Shown piece after piece: positions 1-9,828 of a stretch of DNA of 64,000 bases; position 1 is the stretch's first letter; each line of letters starts with the position of its first letter. Location: NCBI GenBank assembly GCA_963662465.1, contig OY759599.1:448001-512000 (forward strand). Reading direction: 5' to 3'. This DNA comes from Desulfatiglandales bacterium. Lineage in GTDB: Bacteria; Desulfobacterota; DSM-4660; Desulfatiglandales; Desulfatiglandaceae. The notes below the pieces were generated by a model. The model was not told the DNA's origin and did not search any database. It saw nothing but the letters and a program-made list of their open reading frames with translations. The position numbers were made by a program, and so were the translations under genes.

Positions 1-278
1 CTCTCTCGTGCCTTTTCATAAACAGCACCCTTTTCTCTTTTTCCAACGGCAACTACGAGGATGAATAACTCTTTATCAATGACCTCATACACAAGTCGGT
101 AGCCACTGGCTCTAAGTTTGAGCTTGTAATGATTATCAAAACCGGAAAGTTTGCAGGAGAGTACGTGAGGAGCTTCCAAACGCTCTTTCAGTTTCTTCCT
201 GAATTGCGTTCGAATAGAATTGTCCAGCTTCTTCCATTCTTTCAAAGCAGTAGGGAGGAACTTGAGTTTATAGCTCAT
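1..278 (-). CDS. relE: RelE/StbE-family toxin (runs off window edge)
   Basis: Manual translation from ATG at 278: MSYKLKFLPTALKEWKKLDNSIRTQFRKKLKERLEAPHV...YKLKLRASGYRLVYEV; overlaps the end of the antitoxin gene. Confidence 0.85.
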   Translation of the reverse strand, partial: MSYKLKFLPTALKEWKKLDNSIRTQFRKKLKERLEAPHVLSCKLSGFDNHYKLKLRASGYRLVYEVIDKELFILVVAVGKREKGAVYEKARE

Positions 279-534
279 CGATATCAACCTCGATGGCCTG
301 TTCTTTCTCATTTTGACGCTCTTTCACGATCAAGCCAAGCTCAAAATCCTCCAACCTATCAAGTATCTGTTGATAAGTGTCAGCTGGTATCAAGTAGGCG
401 GTTGGTTTGTTGTGGTTTAAGATGGCAATCGGTTCCCCGTCTGATGCATCAATCAAAGCTGACGGATTTTTTTTCATCTCAGAAATGCTTGCTGAACAGT
501 TGGCTAATACGGCTTCCATAAAGACCTCCATCAA
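268..534 (-). CDS. Phd/YefM (StbD-like) antitoxin
   Basis: SASISEMKKNPSALI...PIAILNHNKPTAYL motif; directly upstream of the toxin; real start probably MEAVLAN at 519. Confidence 0.85.
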   Translation of the reverse strand: MMEVFMEAVLANCSASISEMKKNPSALIDASDGEPIAILNHNKPTAYLIPADTYQQILDRLEDFELGLIVKERQNEKEQAIEVDIDEL

Positions 535-697
535 TAATGGGTTTATATTCAGGTCTTATTTTAGGTCTTTTTCCAAGCCACTTCAAGAGAAAACTTTTGC
601 CATAGCACTATGCACAAAAGGAACCTATATGGCTGCTGAAGAAATATTTTACTGCGAAAACATAATTGATCACAACCCCAACCCGAGGTGAGCTGGG

Positions 698-2963
698 GCC
701 GGGTAGCCGGGGGGTGTTACCACCCCCGAGCCCCTTCAGAACCACGCATGAGACTTTCACCTCACACGGCTCAAGCGTCTCTGAAGGCAGCCCTGGTGGA
801 GCGGCCCGGCTGTTCGTCTCCTATGTGGCCATCATCGCCCGATATTCCCGGGCTGACAGGGCCGGTAAAAGCTTGCTTTCCCTGTTATGCCGGCGGCGCC
901 AAAAATAAGCGGCGTAGTCCGGATCATAGGGGTTGGCAGCGGCTTTGATCTTCACGTGCCTTCGGATTCCAATTGTGCTGATTCTCAGGAGTTTGTAAAG
1001 CTTTTTACCTCCTGTTATGGTCTTCGCCCATACGGCACAGACGTTCTTTCCGGCGGCTGACCAGTAATTTTGGATAAGCCATTGCACGGATTTGTTCGGG
1101 TGCCGTCGGCGCAGCATGCATCGAATCTGGTCAAAGACGTACGTGTCGATACGACTGAAGGCTACCGATGCCACCACGTGGCGGTGGTAATTGGCCCAGC
1201 CTCGAAGCACCGAATTGAGCTTCTTGATCAGGGCAGGCATCGGGGCGGTGACGTATTTGCGAATCAGTTCCCTTACCTTTTGCATGAGGGTGTGAACTCC
1301 CGCATCGGATGGCGTGATGTGCAGTTTTCGGCCAAGCTTGCGAAAGGTTTGCCCGAGGAACGTGAATCCGTGTTTAATGTGCGTGATCAGGGTCTTTTCA
1401 ATTGAAAGCTCCAGGCCGCGCACGGCAAGGAAAGCTTCGACCACCGGCTGAATGACTTCTTTCAGGATCTTTTTGGATTTCCCGGTAATAATGAAGTCAT
1501 CCGCGTAGCGGACAAAATTGATACGGCGCCTTCGGGGGACTGCACTGTGGACGGCTTCCTCCAGCCCGTCAAGCACCATATTCGAAATGGTGGGACTGAT
1601 AATCCCACCTTGCGGAACTCCCTTGCGTGTCGGGTAGGTGACGCCGTTTTCCACATAACCCGACTTCAACCATTTATGAAGAACGACTTTGTCCACGGGA
1701 ATGTTTTGAAGTATCCAATCGAAAGAGATATTGTCAAAACACCCCTTGATGTCCCCCTCCAAAATCCATGGTGCCGAGTTGGGCTTTGACAGGGCATTAA
1801 AGGCGCAGGCCACGGCATCGGCACATGACCGGCCTTCCCGAAAACCATAGGAATTCCGATCCGCTGTTGTTTCGGCTACCGGCGCCAGGGCCAGTTTGTA
1901 CAGGGCCTGCTGCGCTCTGTCATACATGATGGGAATCGACAGGGGCCTCAATTTGCCGTTCTTCTTTTCGATATAAATCCTCCTCAATGGTTGAGGGTGA
2001 TAGCCACGTCGCCGCAGGCTGATAACAGCCCGCCATTTGGCTCGGGCGCCTCGCCACAGAACGCCGTTAATGCCGGGGGTCTTTTTCCCCTTATTGGAGG
2101 TCACCCGTTTTACAGCCAGTAGCTTGGCGTGGAACGAGTGGGTTAACAGATATTGTAAAGCACTTACTTTGTTCCACCTGTTTTCCTGAACAGCCTTTGC
2201 GATACGCACCTGCAGCCTTCTGACTTCCCGTCGGGCGTGTTCAAAATCAATTGAACTCCACTTGTCCGCGTCGTCTCCGAGTGCACCAGCCTGAACGGCC
2301 GTCATTCGCCCGTTTCACTGGCTGCCTTCTCTTCTTCAAAGGTTCTCCAGATGCTCTCGCAACGAGATACCTGTTGGACGTCTGCACGCTCATTCACCGG
2401 AGCGGAAGCCTGCCGGTTTTGGCGTTAAGCCATGTTTCATGCTCTATCTTTCGGCTTTCCCGAAAGCATTCGCTTCTTCCAACCTCTCTTTCCCGTCGCT
2501 CCATCGGCGTGCCTTACGGTTTGCGTGCCTGGAATTGCTCCAGGCGGAGGACGGGGTTACTACGTTCCGCATAGTTGATCCAATGGATGACTTAGGTGCG
2601 CCCTCTACGCCGGTGGTACGACGGTTCCGTGCAGGCAGTTGAGAGACCTGCAACCTGACCACATCCGCTGACACTGGGCAGCGGCATAAGACCTGTTAAT
2701 CCTCGTAGGCCTTTCGCTTGTGATCGACGCTGTAGACATTCAATTAATTTCACCATATCATCCGACCCTGGTCCTTAACCGGGGAGGATTCCCGGAGGGG
2801 TTCGCCTGTCACCATTTGAACCCGATTCGGTACGTTGTCCGCGGGGCTTCGCACCCCATCATCAGCGCGATGGTAGCACGCCCGCGTAGGGTCCGGCAGG
2901 AACATGCCGGGTACTACATGTAACTACATGAATACACTCAAACTATGCGACTTCGTGTCGCAC
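698..2963 (-). mobile_element. Group II intron (IIB, CL1-like) inserted in an attC-like site
   Basis: 5' end GTGCGACACG at 2963; domain V GAGCCGTGTGAGGTGAAAGTCTCATGCGTGGTTC and domain VI hairpin ending ACCCGGC at 698; encloses an RT ORF. Confidence 0.85.
821..2305 (-). CDS. ltrA: Group II intron reverse transcriptase/maturase (RVT_N type N-terminus, no HNH endonuclease)
   Basis: NKGKKTPGING, LRPLSIP, SYGFR, PQGGIISP, RYADD, FLG, RGWANY, NPYDP motifs. Confidence 0.95.
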   Translation of the reverse strand: MTAVQAGALGDDADKWSSIDFEHARREVRRLQVRIAKAVQENRWNKVSALQYLLTHSFHAKLLAVKRVTSNKGKKTPGINGVLWRGARAKWRAVISLRRRGYHPQPLRRIYIEKKNGKLRPLSIPIMYDRAQQALYKLALAPVAETTADRNSYGFREGRSCADAVACAFNALSKPNSAPWILEGDIKGCFDNISFDWILQNIPVDKVVLHKWLKSGYVENGVTYPTRKGVPQGGIISPTISNMVLDGLEEAVHSAVPRRRRINFVRYADDFIITGKSKKILKEVIQPVVEAFLAVRGLELSIEKTLITHIKHGFTFLGQTFRKLGRKLHITPSDAGVHTLMQKVRELIRKYVTAPMPALIKKLNSVLRGWANYHRHVVASVAFSRIDTYVFDQIRCMLRRRHPNKSVQWLIQNYWSAAGKNVCAVWAKTITGGKKLYKLLRISTIGIRRHVKIKAAANPYDPDYAAYFWRRRHNRESKLLPALSAREYRAMMAT

Positions 2964-3048
2964 CACAACGACAAGCTCACCAGCGCCTCCTCCGGCCCCC
3001 GCCGGGACCGCAGGACTATCAGGCGTCTGGTGCAGCGTTTGGTTCGGT
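2964..3048 (-). other. attC-like integron cassette recombination site
   Basis: Minus strand ACCGAAC-CAAAC-GCTGCACCAGACGCC...GGCGCTGGTGAGC-TTGTC-GTTGTG: R''/L''/L'/R' layout with extrahelical bases, at the 3' end of a TA cassette. Confidence 0.7.
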
Positions 3049-3312
3049 TTTCTGCGTATTTCTAATTTGGTTTATCTTTTCTTGAACCCAAAGATTGACT
3101 AGGGTTTCTCCACTAACACCATGTTCTTGAGCTGTTTGCCTAATTATGGATGAAAATTCCTTGTCTATAGGATAGTACCTTTGCTCAGACTGGATATTGA
3201 CTGTGAATTCTGCAGCCCTCTGCTCTCCAAATTCAGAGGCATCATGCTCATCCCAAAATTCACCAATTTCTTGGTAGCTGTTAGCTTTTGAAACAGAGGA
3301 TTTATCTGGCAT
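3019..3312 (-). CDS. BrnA/CopG-like antitoxin
   Basis: SYQEIGEFWDEHD motif plus C-terminal RHH-like AQEHGVSGETLVNLWVQEK; coupled to the BrnT-like gene. Confidence 0.75.
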   Translation of the reverse strand: MPDKSSVSKANSYQEIGEFWDEHDASEFGEQRAAEFTVNIQSEQRYYPIDKEFSSIIRQTAQEHGVSGETLVNLWVQEKINQIRNTQKTEPNAAPDA

Positions 3313-3583
3313 ATTTATTCCTTTCTTTCTGTGTCATGTCTCTTGCTGAAACAATAATGGCACGTTTGTCCTGAGTGTACACAAAAAAGACGCTTAATAG
3401 ACGTTCTGCGTCAGTTTGGCCAAAAGCGGCAAAAACATCTTCGCCATATCGATGACCTGCCTCTTTATATTGAAATTTAGGCCGGTTTTCAAGTACCTCA
3501 ACAACTTCATTTTCTTTCACATCATGTTTCCATAGAAGTTTTTCGACAATGTCTTCAAGCCAGATTATTCTAGTGATTTCCAA
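3302..3583 (-). CDS. BrnT-family toxin
   Basis: IVEKLLWKHDV...EVVEV...FGQTDAERLLSVFF...IVSARDMTQKER. Confidence 0.8.
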   Translation of the reverse strand: MEITRIIWLEDIVEKLLWKHDVKENEVVEVLENRPKFQYKEAGHRYGEDVFAAFGQTDAERLLSVFFVYTQDKRAIIVSARDMTQKERNKYAR

Positions 3584-3679
3584 AAGGTCTCCTAACTCTA
3601 AAGATAGTGAATAATCTATGTATAAAATACATTTTTAATGGGCTCATATATCATAGATAAAAGCGAAGGTGGCCTCCGT

Positions 3680-3733
3680 TTGCTGCTATGGAGCGTTAGC
3701 GGAATAGCCGTCAAATGCAAGGTATAGTTCAGA
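3680..3733 (-). other. Truncated attC-like site
   Basis: Minus strand TCTGAAC-TATACC-TTGCATTTGACGGCTATTCCGCTAACGCTCCATAGCAGCAA just after the 313-aa gene; L'/R' half missing. Confidence 0.45.
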
Positions 3734-3760
3734 ATTACCCTGCAATAGGAACTATTTTGC

Positions 3761-4702
3761 TTACAGGTATCGCTGGGTAAGATACCGAATATAGTCCGGG
3801 TGTTCCGTTCGTAATTTATTTGCCAATTTAACAATTAGCTCCTGATATGTAAGCGAATGGAATTTAATACCATCGCTTTTTGTAACTTCGGTAAACTTGA
3901 GAACCTCATCCCGATGCTGTTTTCCCTGATCACCAAAAACGTCGTACCAAAGGTACAACAAACGGAAGCCAGCCTTTCCGAACTGCTTTTTTAGCCCAAG
4001 GATATGTTTCACAAGTTGGGCAGGGTGTAAATGAAGAAATTCATGATCATCGGGGGATATGCCCCCTGCGAAACGCAATAAGTTTGGAATGTCTGCCCAA
4101 GTATCATCGAGGCAAAGGTACTTTGCTTTGAGTCCGCCATGTTTATATACACCATATGCTTCAGAAAATTTGCATTCAATTGCGAACCTCTTAATTTTTG
4201 CTGATGGTGCATTGTGGATGACTACGTCAATATTTGGATGATAACCAAATTTGTCATTGATGGGATATTTTTCCTCAAAATATAAATTTCTTGATACCTG
4301 TGAACCCACACGGCAAAGGCCACACTGAGCTGCAATCACCGGAGTCGCGTTTATTGATTTCCAATATTGAAAAACATTGACCCCCAGCGCTGATGACGAA
4401 TGAACAGCCTGCATTTTGCCAGGAAATTCCGCTGCACCCAGTTCGCCACCATCCCCAGCCGCAAATGACTTTTGGACGTCAGCTAATAGTGGCTGAAAGA
4501 GGTTCTGATTCAACTCGCAAGTATAAGCAAGACGTCCTCGCTTGCCCTTGCTTCCGGTAAGCTTAATGCCGGAATTTATTGCCCATGCCGTTTGTTTCGA
4601 TAAGATGTACTCGTATCCGTTCATTATTTTCACCGACTCCGAACCAATGATTATACAGTTTTTTTTGTCATCAAATATCCGTTCCCGCATGTTATCCGAC
4701 AA
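3761..4702 (-). CDS. Putative PD-(D/E)XK restriction-endonuclease-like protein
   Basis: HSSSAL, FEEK, PNIDVVI, FAIECKFSE, AQLVKH motifs; AT-rich; start may be MNGYEY (~4624). Confidence 0.65.
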   Translation of the reverse strand: MSDNMRERIFDDKKNCIIIGSESVKIMNGYEYILSKQTAWAINSGIKLTGSKGKRGRLAYTCELNQNLFQPLLADVQKSFAAGDGGELGAAEFPGKMQAVHSSSALGVNVFQYWKSINATPVIAAQCGLCRVGSQVSRNLYFEEKYPINDKFGYHPNIDVVIHNAPSAKIKRFAIECKFSEAYGVYKHGGLKAKYLCLDDTWADIPNLLRFAGGISPDDHEFLHLHPAQLVKHILGLKKQFGKAGFRLLYLWYDVFGDQGKQHRDEVLKFTEVTKSDGIKFHSLTYQELIVKLANKLRTEHPDYIRYLTQRYL

Positions 4703-4827
4703 AATCGAACCAATCTCCCTCTGAAATCTATATTCTGTAAATTATTCGATGGAAAAACGCAAGGGCAATATTTTTATATTCTGCGAAATATTTAATTAGT
4801 GATTCTCATTAGGGACTTGGCTTTCGC

Positions 4828-4978
4828 TCTCGTTCATACGTTCTAATGTGGGAATAGTTTTGGGACGCTCCGCGTCCTGCGGCAAACTCGAAAAACACTT
4901 GTTTAAATTGGGTATATTCATGATTTAGGACACAGATCGTTCAGAGGTGGGTTCCAACATAGAGCATTTGAACAGGAT
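4828..4978. repeat. Degenerate REP doublet (same family as 5261-5398)
   Basis: CTCGTTCATACGTTCTAATGTGGGAA..GGACGCTCCGCGTCC..GGACACAGATCGTTC..GTTCCAACATAGAGCAT. Confidence 0.5.
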
Positions 4979-5089
4979 ATGGAGATCGTAATTCCAAAAT
5001 GAGAATTGCTAATGTCCGGTTTTTTCTCTGAGGCTCATTATGATTTGCCGGTTGAAAGCCGGCATGAAATTATTATTGACAAAGATAAA

Positions 5090-5105
5090 TGGCATGGCGT
5101 ATGCA
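5090..5105 (+). promoter_or_regulatory. Possible sigma54 promoter
   Basis: TGGCATG-GCGT-ATGCA, close to TGGCACG-N4-TTGCW; followed by a GGAGG RBS and ATG at 5159 with no convincing gene. Confidence 0.35.
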
Positions 5106-5260
5106 TTCCGTATATTGTGCGTATTTGTAATATTGAACATCTAATAGGAGGGCATATCATGATTCCAGTTCCGACAGAATCAATTATAAATTGCGGCAAT
5201 TCCGGCATCCTTCAAGAAGACTGTGAAGTAGTTTACACTTTCTTGTTACGCTTGGGGCTC

Positions 5261-5398
5261 CTCGTTCCCACGCTCTGCGTGGGAACGCACTTTGGACGCT
5301 CTGCGTCCATCAATCATTATGGGCAATAATAAAAGTCCTTTGCAAGGGCAAGGACGCAGAGCGTCAGGGACAATGTTCCCACGCAGAGCGTAGGAACG
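5261..5398. repeat. REP doublet (REPIN-like nested palindromes)
   Basis: CTCGTTCCCACGCTCTGCGTGGGAACG..GGACGCTCTGCGTCC..GGACGCAGAGCGTC..GTTCCCACGCAGAGCGTAGGAACG. Confidence 0.8.
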
Positions 5399-7301
5399 GT
5401 GCGCCTGTGAAGGCGCTTTATCAGTGCGGTGAAAGTCCGTACCGGAGTATGCCATAGCTCCGTAGCCGAAGGTAACTGCGTCGCCGCGAGGCGGGGTGGA
5501 GAGCAACCGGAGGCGAAAAGTCAGTCCGTAGGATGACGAACCCGATTCGGTGTCATGTGGTGGCGAGCCTACCGTTCCATGGTGAAGCCTGAAACTCACA
5601 GACCACGCTGTAATGGCGGTTAAAGCGATGGTTTGACGGCATGGTATGTTTGGGGTCGGAATGACTGGAAGGTAAAGCGAGATAAGCAGGGAGACCTGTC
5701 TCTTGGGGTGACAGGAGGCAGGAGTCAGAGTCCTCATAGTACCGTAGCGACAGAACGGTCCTGCTAACAAGGCTTACGGCGTGAGACCAGTACCCGCCGC
5801 CTGCGTCGGATACCGGGTTGTGAAAAGCGCGGATAGCAAAACCGTGCCGAGGGAAGGAGGATAGGAAGATAGATACGGAAAGGTCATATAGATGCAGCTA
5901 AATCAAGCAGTCTCGGCAGTGTTGGAAACAACTAAACGCGAGGCAGAAACCCGATGGGATTGGGTGGAAGCATCGGTGTGGACGGAACGTATGTTGGCAG
6001 CCCTGGGTAACGGGGTGAAAGGTGGTAAATGGTACAGTTTGATGGATAAGGTGTTCGCCTTGTCGACGCTGGAAGCGGCTTGGGGACGTGTCAAAGCCAA
6101 TAAAGGAGCGGCAGGGATAGACCGTATCAGCATAAAGCGCTTTAAGGAGCAGGCGGAGAAATACCTTGCCGAACTGCATGAAACCTTGAAAGCGGGAACG
6201 TACCGACCGGAAGCGGTAAAACGGGTATACATTCCGAAAAGCGACGGCAAACAACGCCCGCTGGGGATACCCACGGTCAAAGACCGGGTAGTGCAGGCAG
6301 CGGTTAAAATGGTTATGGAGCCCATATTCGAGCATGAATTTCTGCCGATGAGTTACGGCTTCAGGCCGCAAAGAGGTTGCAAGGACGCGTTGCGAGAAGT
6401 AGACGCGCTTATTAAGGAAGGCTACACCTTCATACTGGACGCCGACCTGAAAAGTTACTTTGATACGATTCCGCACGATAAGCTGATGCAACAAGTCGAA
6501 ATGCGCATCAGCGACGGCAAATTGCTCAATCTGATTCAAATGTTCCTGAAACAGGACGTGATGGACGGCTTGGAAAGATGGACACCGACGGGTGGTTCGC
6601 CACAAGGGGCGGTAGTCAGCCCCTTGCTTGCGAATATTTACCTGCATCCTCTTGACAGCCTGATCGCGGAATCAGGTATGCGGATGGTGCGTTACGCGGA
6701 CGACTTTGTTATCCTCAGCCGCAGTCAAACGGAAGCGGAGAATGCTTTGCAAAAGGTACGGGAGTGGGTACAGGCTAATGACCTGAGCTTACACCCGGAC
6801 AAGACGCATCTTGGCGACTGTCGACAAAAGGGTCAGGGATTTGAATTCCTGGGATACCGGTTTGAGGCAGGAAAGCGCTGGATACGCAGTAAAAGCCGTA
6901 AAGCCCTTCGTGATAAAATCCGGGAAGAGACCCGGCGCAAACGTAGCGGAAGTATGGAAAGCATCATTGATGATCTGAACCCCATGCTCGAAGGCTGGTT
7001 TGGTTACTTCAAACACGCCTACCGCACTGAGTTTGCGGCGGTGGATAAGTTTGTCCGCCGACGCTTACGCGCCGTATTATTGCGTCGTAACAAACGCAAG
7101 GGCTGGGGCAAAAGCCTTGAAGTCCACCGCCGCTGGCCGAATGCCTACTTCGCGAAAATCGGGCTTTTCACTATGCATGAGGCCCGGTTAGCAGCGTGCC
7201 GATCCCGATGAGGAAACTATCGACCGGAGAGCCGTGTGCGGGAGAACCGCATGCACGGTTCGGAGGGAGGGGAGAGCCAAGAGGCTCTTTCCTACCCCTA
7301 T
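5399..7301 (+). mobile_element. Group II intron copy 1 (1903 bp, bacterial class E/F-like)
   Basis: Starts GTGCGCC, ends ACCCCTAT; domain V GAGCCGTGTGCGGGAGAACCGCATGCACGGTTC; boundaries agree with copy 2. Confidence 0.95.
5892..7211 (+). CDS. ltrA: Group II intron reverse transcriptase/maturase, no endonuclease domain
   Basis: NKGAAGID, RPLGIPTVKDR, SYGFRP, PQGAVVSPLLANIYL, RYADD, FLG, GWFGYF. Confidence 0.95.
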   Translation: MQLNQAVSAVLETTKREAETRWDWVEASVWTERMLAALGNGVKGGKWYSLMDKVFALSTLEAAWGRVKANKGAAGIDRISIKRFKEQAEKYLAELHETLKAGTYRPEAVKRVYIPKSDGKQRPLGIPTVKDRVVQAAVKMVMEPIFEHEFLPMSYGFRPQRGCKDALREVDALIKEGYTFILDADLKSYFDTIPHDKLMQQVEMRISDGKLLNLIQMFLKQDVMDGLERWTPTGGSPQGAVVSPLLANIYLHPLDSLIAESGMRMVRYADDFVILSRSQTEAENALQKVREWVQANDLSLHPDKTHLGDCRQKGQGFEFLGYRFEAGKRWIRSKSRKALRDKIREETRRKRSGSMESIIDDLNPMLEGWFGYFKHAYRTEFAAVDKFVRRRLRAVLLRRNKRKGWGKSLEVHRRWPNAYFAKIGLFTMHEARLAACRSR

Positions 7302-7353
7302 AGCCCACAAAAAAATCAAAGTGTAAACTACAAAATGAAGGATGTCGCAATTC

Positions 7354-7857
7354 TTATTCGGCAACGTCATGCTGACAGACGCGACATTTCCGTGAACCTC
7401 TGAATAGCGGTTCGCCGCAGGAAGGGCAGTGGTATCGTTCGCATTCAGCCCGTGCCCATTCCACACTCCCTTTTTGCTCCCCATATTCAGCCACTTTGGC
7501 GCGCCATAAGGGAATTGCCCGCTTTGCAACCCTTACGCCTATGGCATATCCAAAATTTTCCACCAGCGTACATGGCCATTCATCACATTGATGGCAGGAA
7601 TAGTAACCTTTTGATTTTACGCAACTTCTTATTTTGCACTGTTGACAATATCTATAACGCTTTTTCGGAGGGTCCGGTTGCATGCATCCATAGCATTCTG
7701 TTTCTTCAGGTCTGGTTCCGTAAACGCTACCCATGACGGCCTTTAATTTTTCATTTTTGTCTCTTGTCGCAATGTAGATGCCGCACGCACCGCAATAAAG
7801 CCCGCATGGCGCCATTAAATCTCTATTTTGGATCTCTTTTTCAGTCCATCCTTTCAT
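7354..7857 (-). CDS. Cys-rich DUF3795-like protein
   Basis: APCGLYCGAC, CYGC, CKIRSC, CHQCDEWPC motifs plus C-terminal zinc ribbon. Confidence 0.75.
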   Translation of the reverse strand: MKGWTEKEIQNRDLMAPCGLYCGACGIYIATRDKNEKLKAVMGSVYGTRPEETECYGCMQPDPPKKRYRYCQQCKIRSCVKSKGYYSCHQCDEWPCTLVENFGYAIGVRVAKRAIPLWRAKVAEYGEQKGSVEWARAECERYHCPSCGEPLFRGSRKCRVCQHDVAE

Positions 7858-8101
7858 GTCGTTATCCCCCTGTATTAAAGAAGCTTGCCATATGAATACT
7901 GATGATGTCTTTCACTGCTTGTGACTGAAAAAATGGTCGGCATTCCGTTGTTCCTGATTGTTCTTTTGTATATGGGATGACGGGAAATCTTTTTTGATAT
8001 TTTTCGGTCACAATTAGCACTATGATTTGGTCTTACTGGTGGAGAAAGGGTAGCATGGCAATATCGATAAGCAGAGACATTGGAAAAAATGGTTTGGGAA
8101 G

Positions 8102-8965
8102 GTGGATCAAATGGAAACAACGGTGGAGCAACTGGTGATTGAAGCGGTGGCGGGCAGTCGTGAATCCCTTGAAGAAATCATTCGGCGTATTCAAGGAAAG
8201 GTGTATGGTCTGGCGTTGCGAATGCTGTTCCATCCGGCGGATGCCGAGGATGCAACCCAGGAAATTCTGATCAAGGTGATTACCCATCTCAAAAGTTTTC
8301 GCTTTGAAGGACCCTTCAACGCCTGGGCCATGAAAATTGCGGCCAACCACCTTCGGTCCGTTCGCAGGGGGCGCGTGGAAAAAAAAGAATTTACCATGGA
8401 AAAGGCCCAAGGAATTATCGATCGCACCGAGGCCATGGGCTGGTTCTCCGATCTTCCGGAAGCGCCTGAGCCCTTGATGGAGGTGGAGATGCGGTCCGTC
8501 TGCACCCAGGCGTTGCTTCTAGCCCTGGATCGCGATCACCGGATGGCCTTTATTTTGGGGGTGGTCATGGATGTTACGAGCAGTGAAGGGGCATTTATCC
8601 TGAGCATTAACCCCGCTGCATACCGTAAGCGTCTTTCCCGCGCGCGCCACAGGGTCACTGATTTTCTGAGCAGAAATTGCGGACTGTTCGACGGCGCCAA
8701 TCCCTGTCGCTGTACCGCCGTTTTGAAAGGACACTTGAAACGAGGTTGGATTAATCCTCAAAAGCCTCTTTTTGCTGACGAAAACAGTGGTGATCTGGAA
8801 GGAAACGAGGTATTGGGCACTTATATGAAGGAGCTGGATGAACTGGGCCGGGTCTCCGCCCTTTACAAAGCCTCTGTTTTGGGTGAAGGGTCCTCCGACT
8901 TCTCGGGGCTGGTGAAGGAGTGGGTGGAAGCAGGAGAATATCGCGTTTTTTCCAAACTTCATTGA
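8102..8965 (+). CDS. ECF sigma factor with Cys-containing C-terminal extension
   Basis: DAEDATQEILIK region 2, AYRKRLSRAR region 4, NCGL...CRC extension. Confidence 0.9.
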   Translation: MDQMETTVEQLVIEAVAGSRESLEEIIRRIQGKVYGLALRMLFHPADAEDATQEILIKVITHLKSFRFEGPFNAWAMKIAANHLRSVRRGRVEKKEFTMEKAQGIIDRTEAMGWFSDLPEAPEPLMEVEMRSVCTQALLLALDRDHRMAFILGVVMDVTSSEGAFILSINPAAYRKRLSRARHRVTDFLSRNCGLFDGANPCRCTAVLKGHLKRGWINPQKPLFADENSGDLEGNEVLGTYMKELDELGRVSALYKASVLGEGSSDFSGLVKEWVEAGEYRVFSKLH

Positions 8966-9030
8966 GATAGGGGTGATTTTCAGGAACTTGGCGGCCTCCC
9001 GGTGAGGCCGCACGATTATCTTTTTCCGCT

Positions 9031-9828
9031 CTACACCAGTTTGAGTTCTTTCAGGCCCTTTGTCATTAGTTCCGGCGGCGCCTTCAGGGACATTCCCTTG
9101 GCGCTTTTGATCTGCATGCCGCGCATCTTGAGATTTGTCAGGGTTTCCGTCATTTTCAGGGTCATGGCCATGGGATCCAGGATGGGTGCTCCTTCCAGTT
9201 CGAAAATACCTTTAACTGGAAAGATGGGGGAAATCAGGCCGCAGCCGGCGATGATGACTTCCGCCCCGTCGGCCAGACACTCCCGGGATATTTCCATGAA
9301 ATTATCGATAATTTGATTATAATTCCCCCCCATCAGATCCCCGATCATGCTTTCAAGGGGCAGGGTCATGGACCTTACCGGCTTATGTGAAACGGCGAAA
9401 GGCGCAAATCCCAGGTTGATCAGATGTTCGGTCATGAAAGATACCCACACCGGCTCGCTGGTCACCACGGCAAACTTCCGGCCCATCAGGGCGGCCATGT
9501 GCATGGTGGCTTCAGCGGCCCCCATCACGGGGATGGACAGCAGATTATTCCCCATTCGGACGCCGCAGTCAAAATAGCAGGCCCCGGATATCCCATCAAA
9601 CCCATCCTTTTCCGCCTTCAGCATGGCCTTGACGATTTCCACCTCATTGGGGCCCCTGAACCCCTCAAAGCTCATTAACGCCGGATCCTTGAGGCCTTCC
9701 GGGACATCCCGAATTACCACTTCCGTATTCTCATCTTTGGCGAGATTATAGCTTTGCATCAACAAATCATAATAGTTGCCGAAAACCGTCTCCGGCATGG
9801 AAATCGGTAATAACGCGCAAATTTTCAT
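9031..9828 (-). CDS. Asp/Glu/hydantoin racemase family protein
   Basis: GACYFDCG and IIAGCG catalytic-Cys motifs, IPVMGAAEA. Confidence 0.85.
   Translation of the reverse strand: MKICALLPISMPETVFGNYYDLLMQSYNLAKDENTEVVIRDVPEGLKDPALMSFEGFRGPNEVEIVKAMLKAEKDGFDGISGACYFDCGVRMGNNLLSIPVMGAAEATMHMAALMGRKFAVVTSEPVWVSFMTEHLINLGFAPFAVSHKPVRSMTLPLESMIGDLMGGNYNQIIDNFMEISRECLADGAEVIIAGCGLISPIFPVKGIFELEGAPILDPMAMTLKMTETLTNLKMRGMQIKSAKGMSLKAPPELMTKGLKELKLV

Noticed and set aside
5246..5770. 174-aa and 152-aa minus-strand ORFs over the intron 5' regions
   Set aside because: Antisense to structured intron RNA; no protein motifs
5399..7301. Class IIC intron inserted after a terminator
   Set aside because: Domain V has the AGC triad and full stem; the upstream hairpin is a REP with no U-tract
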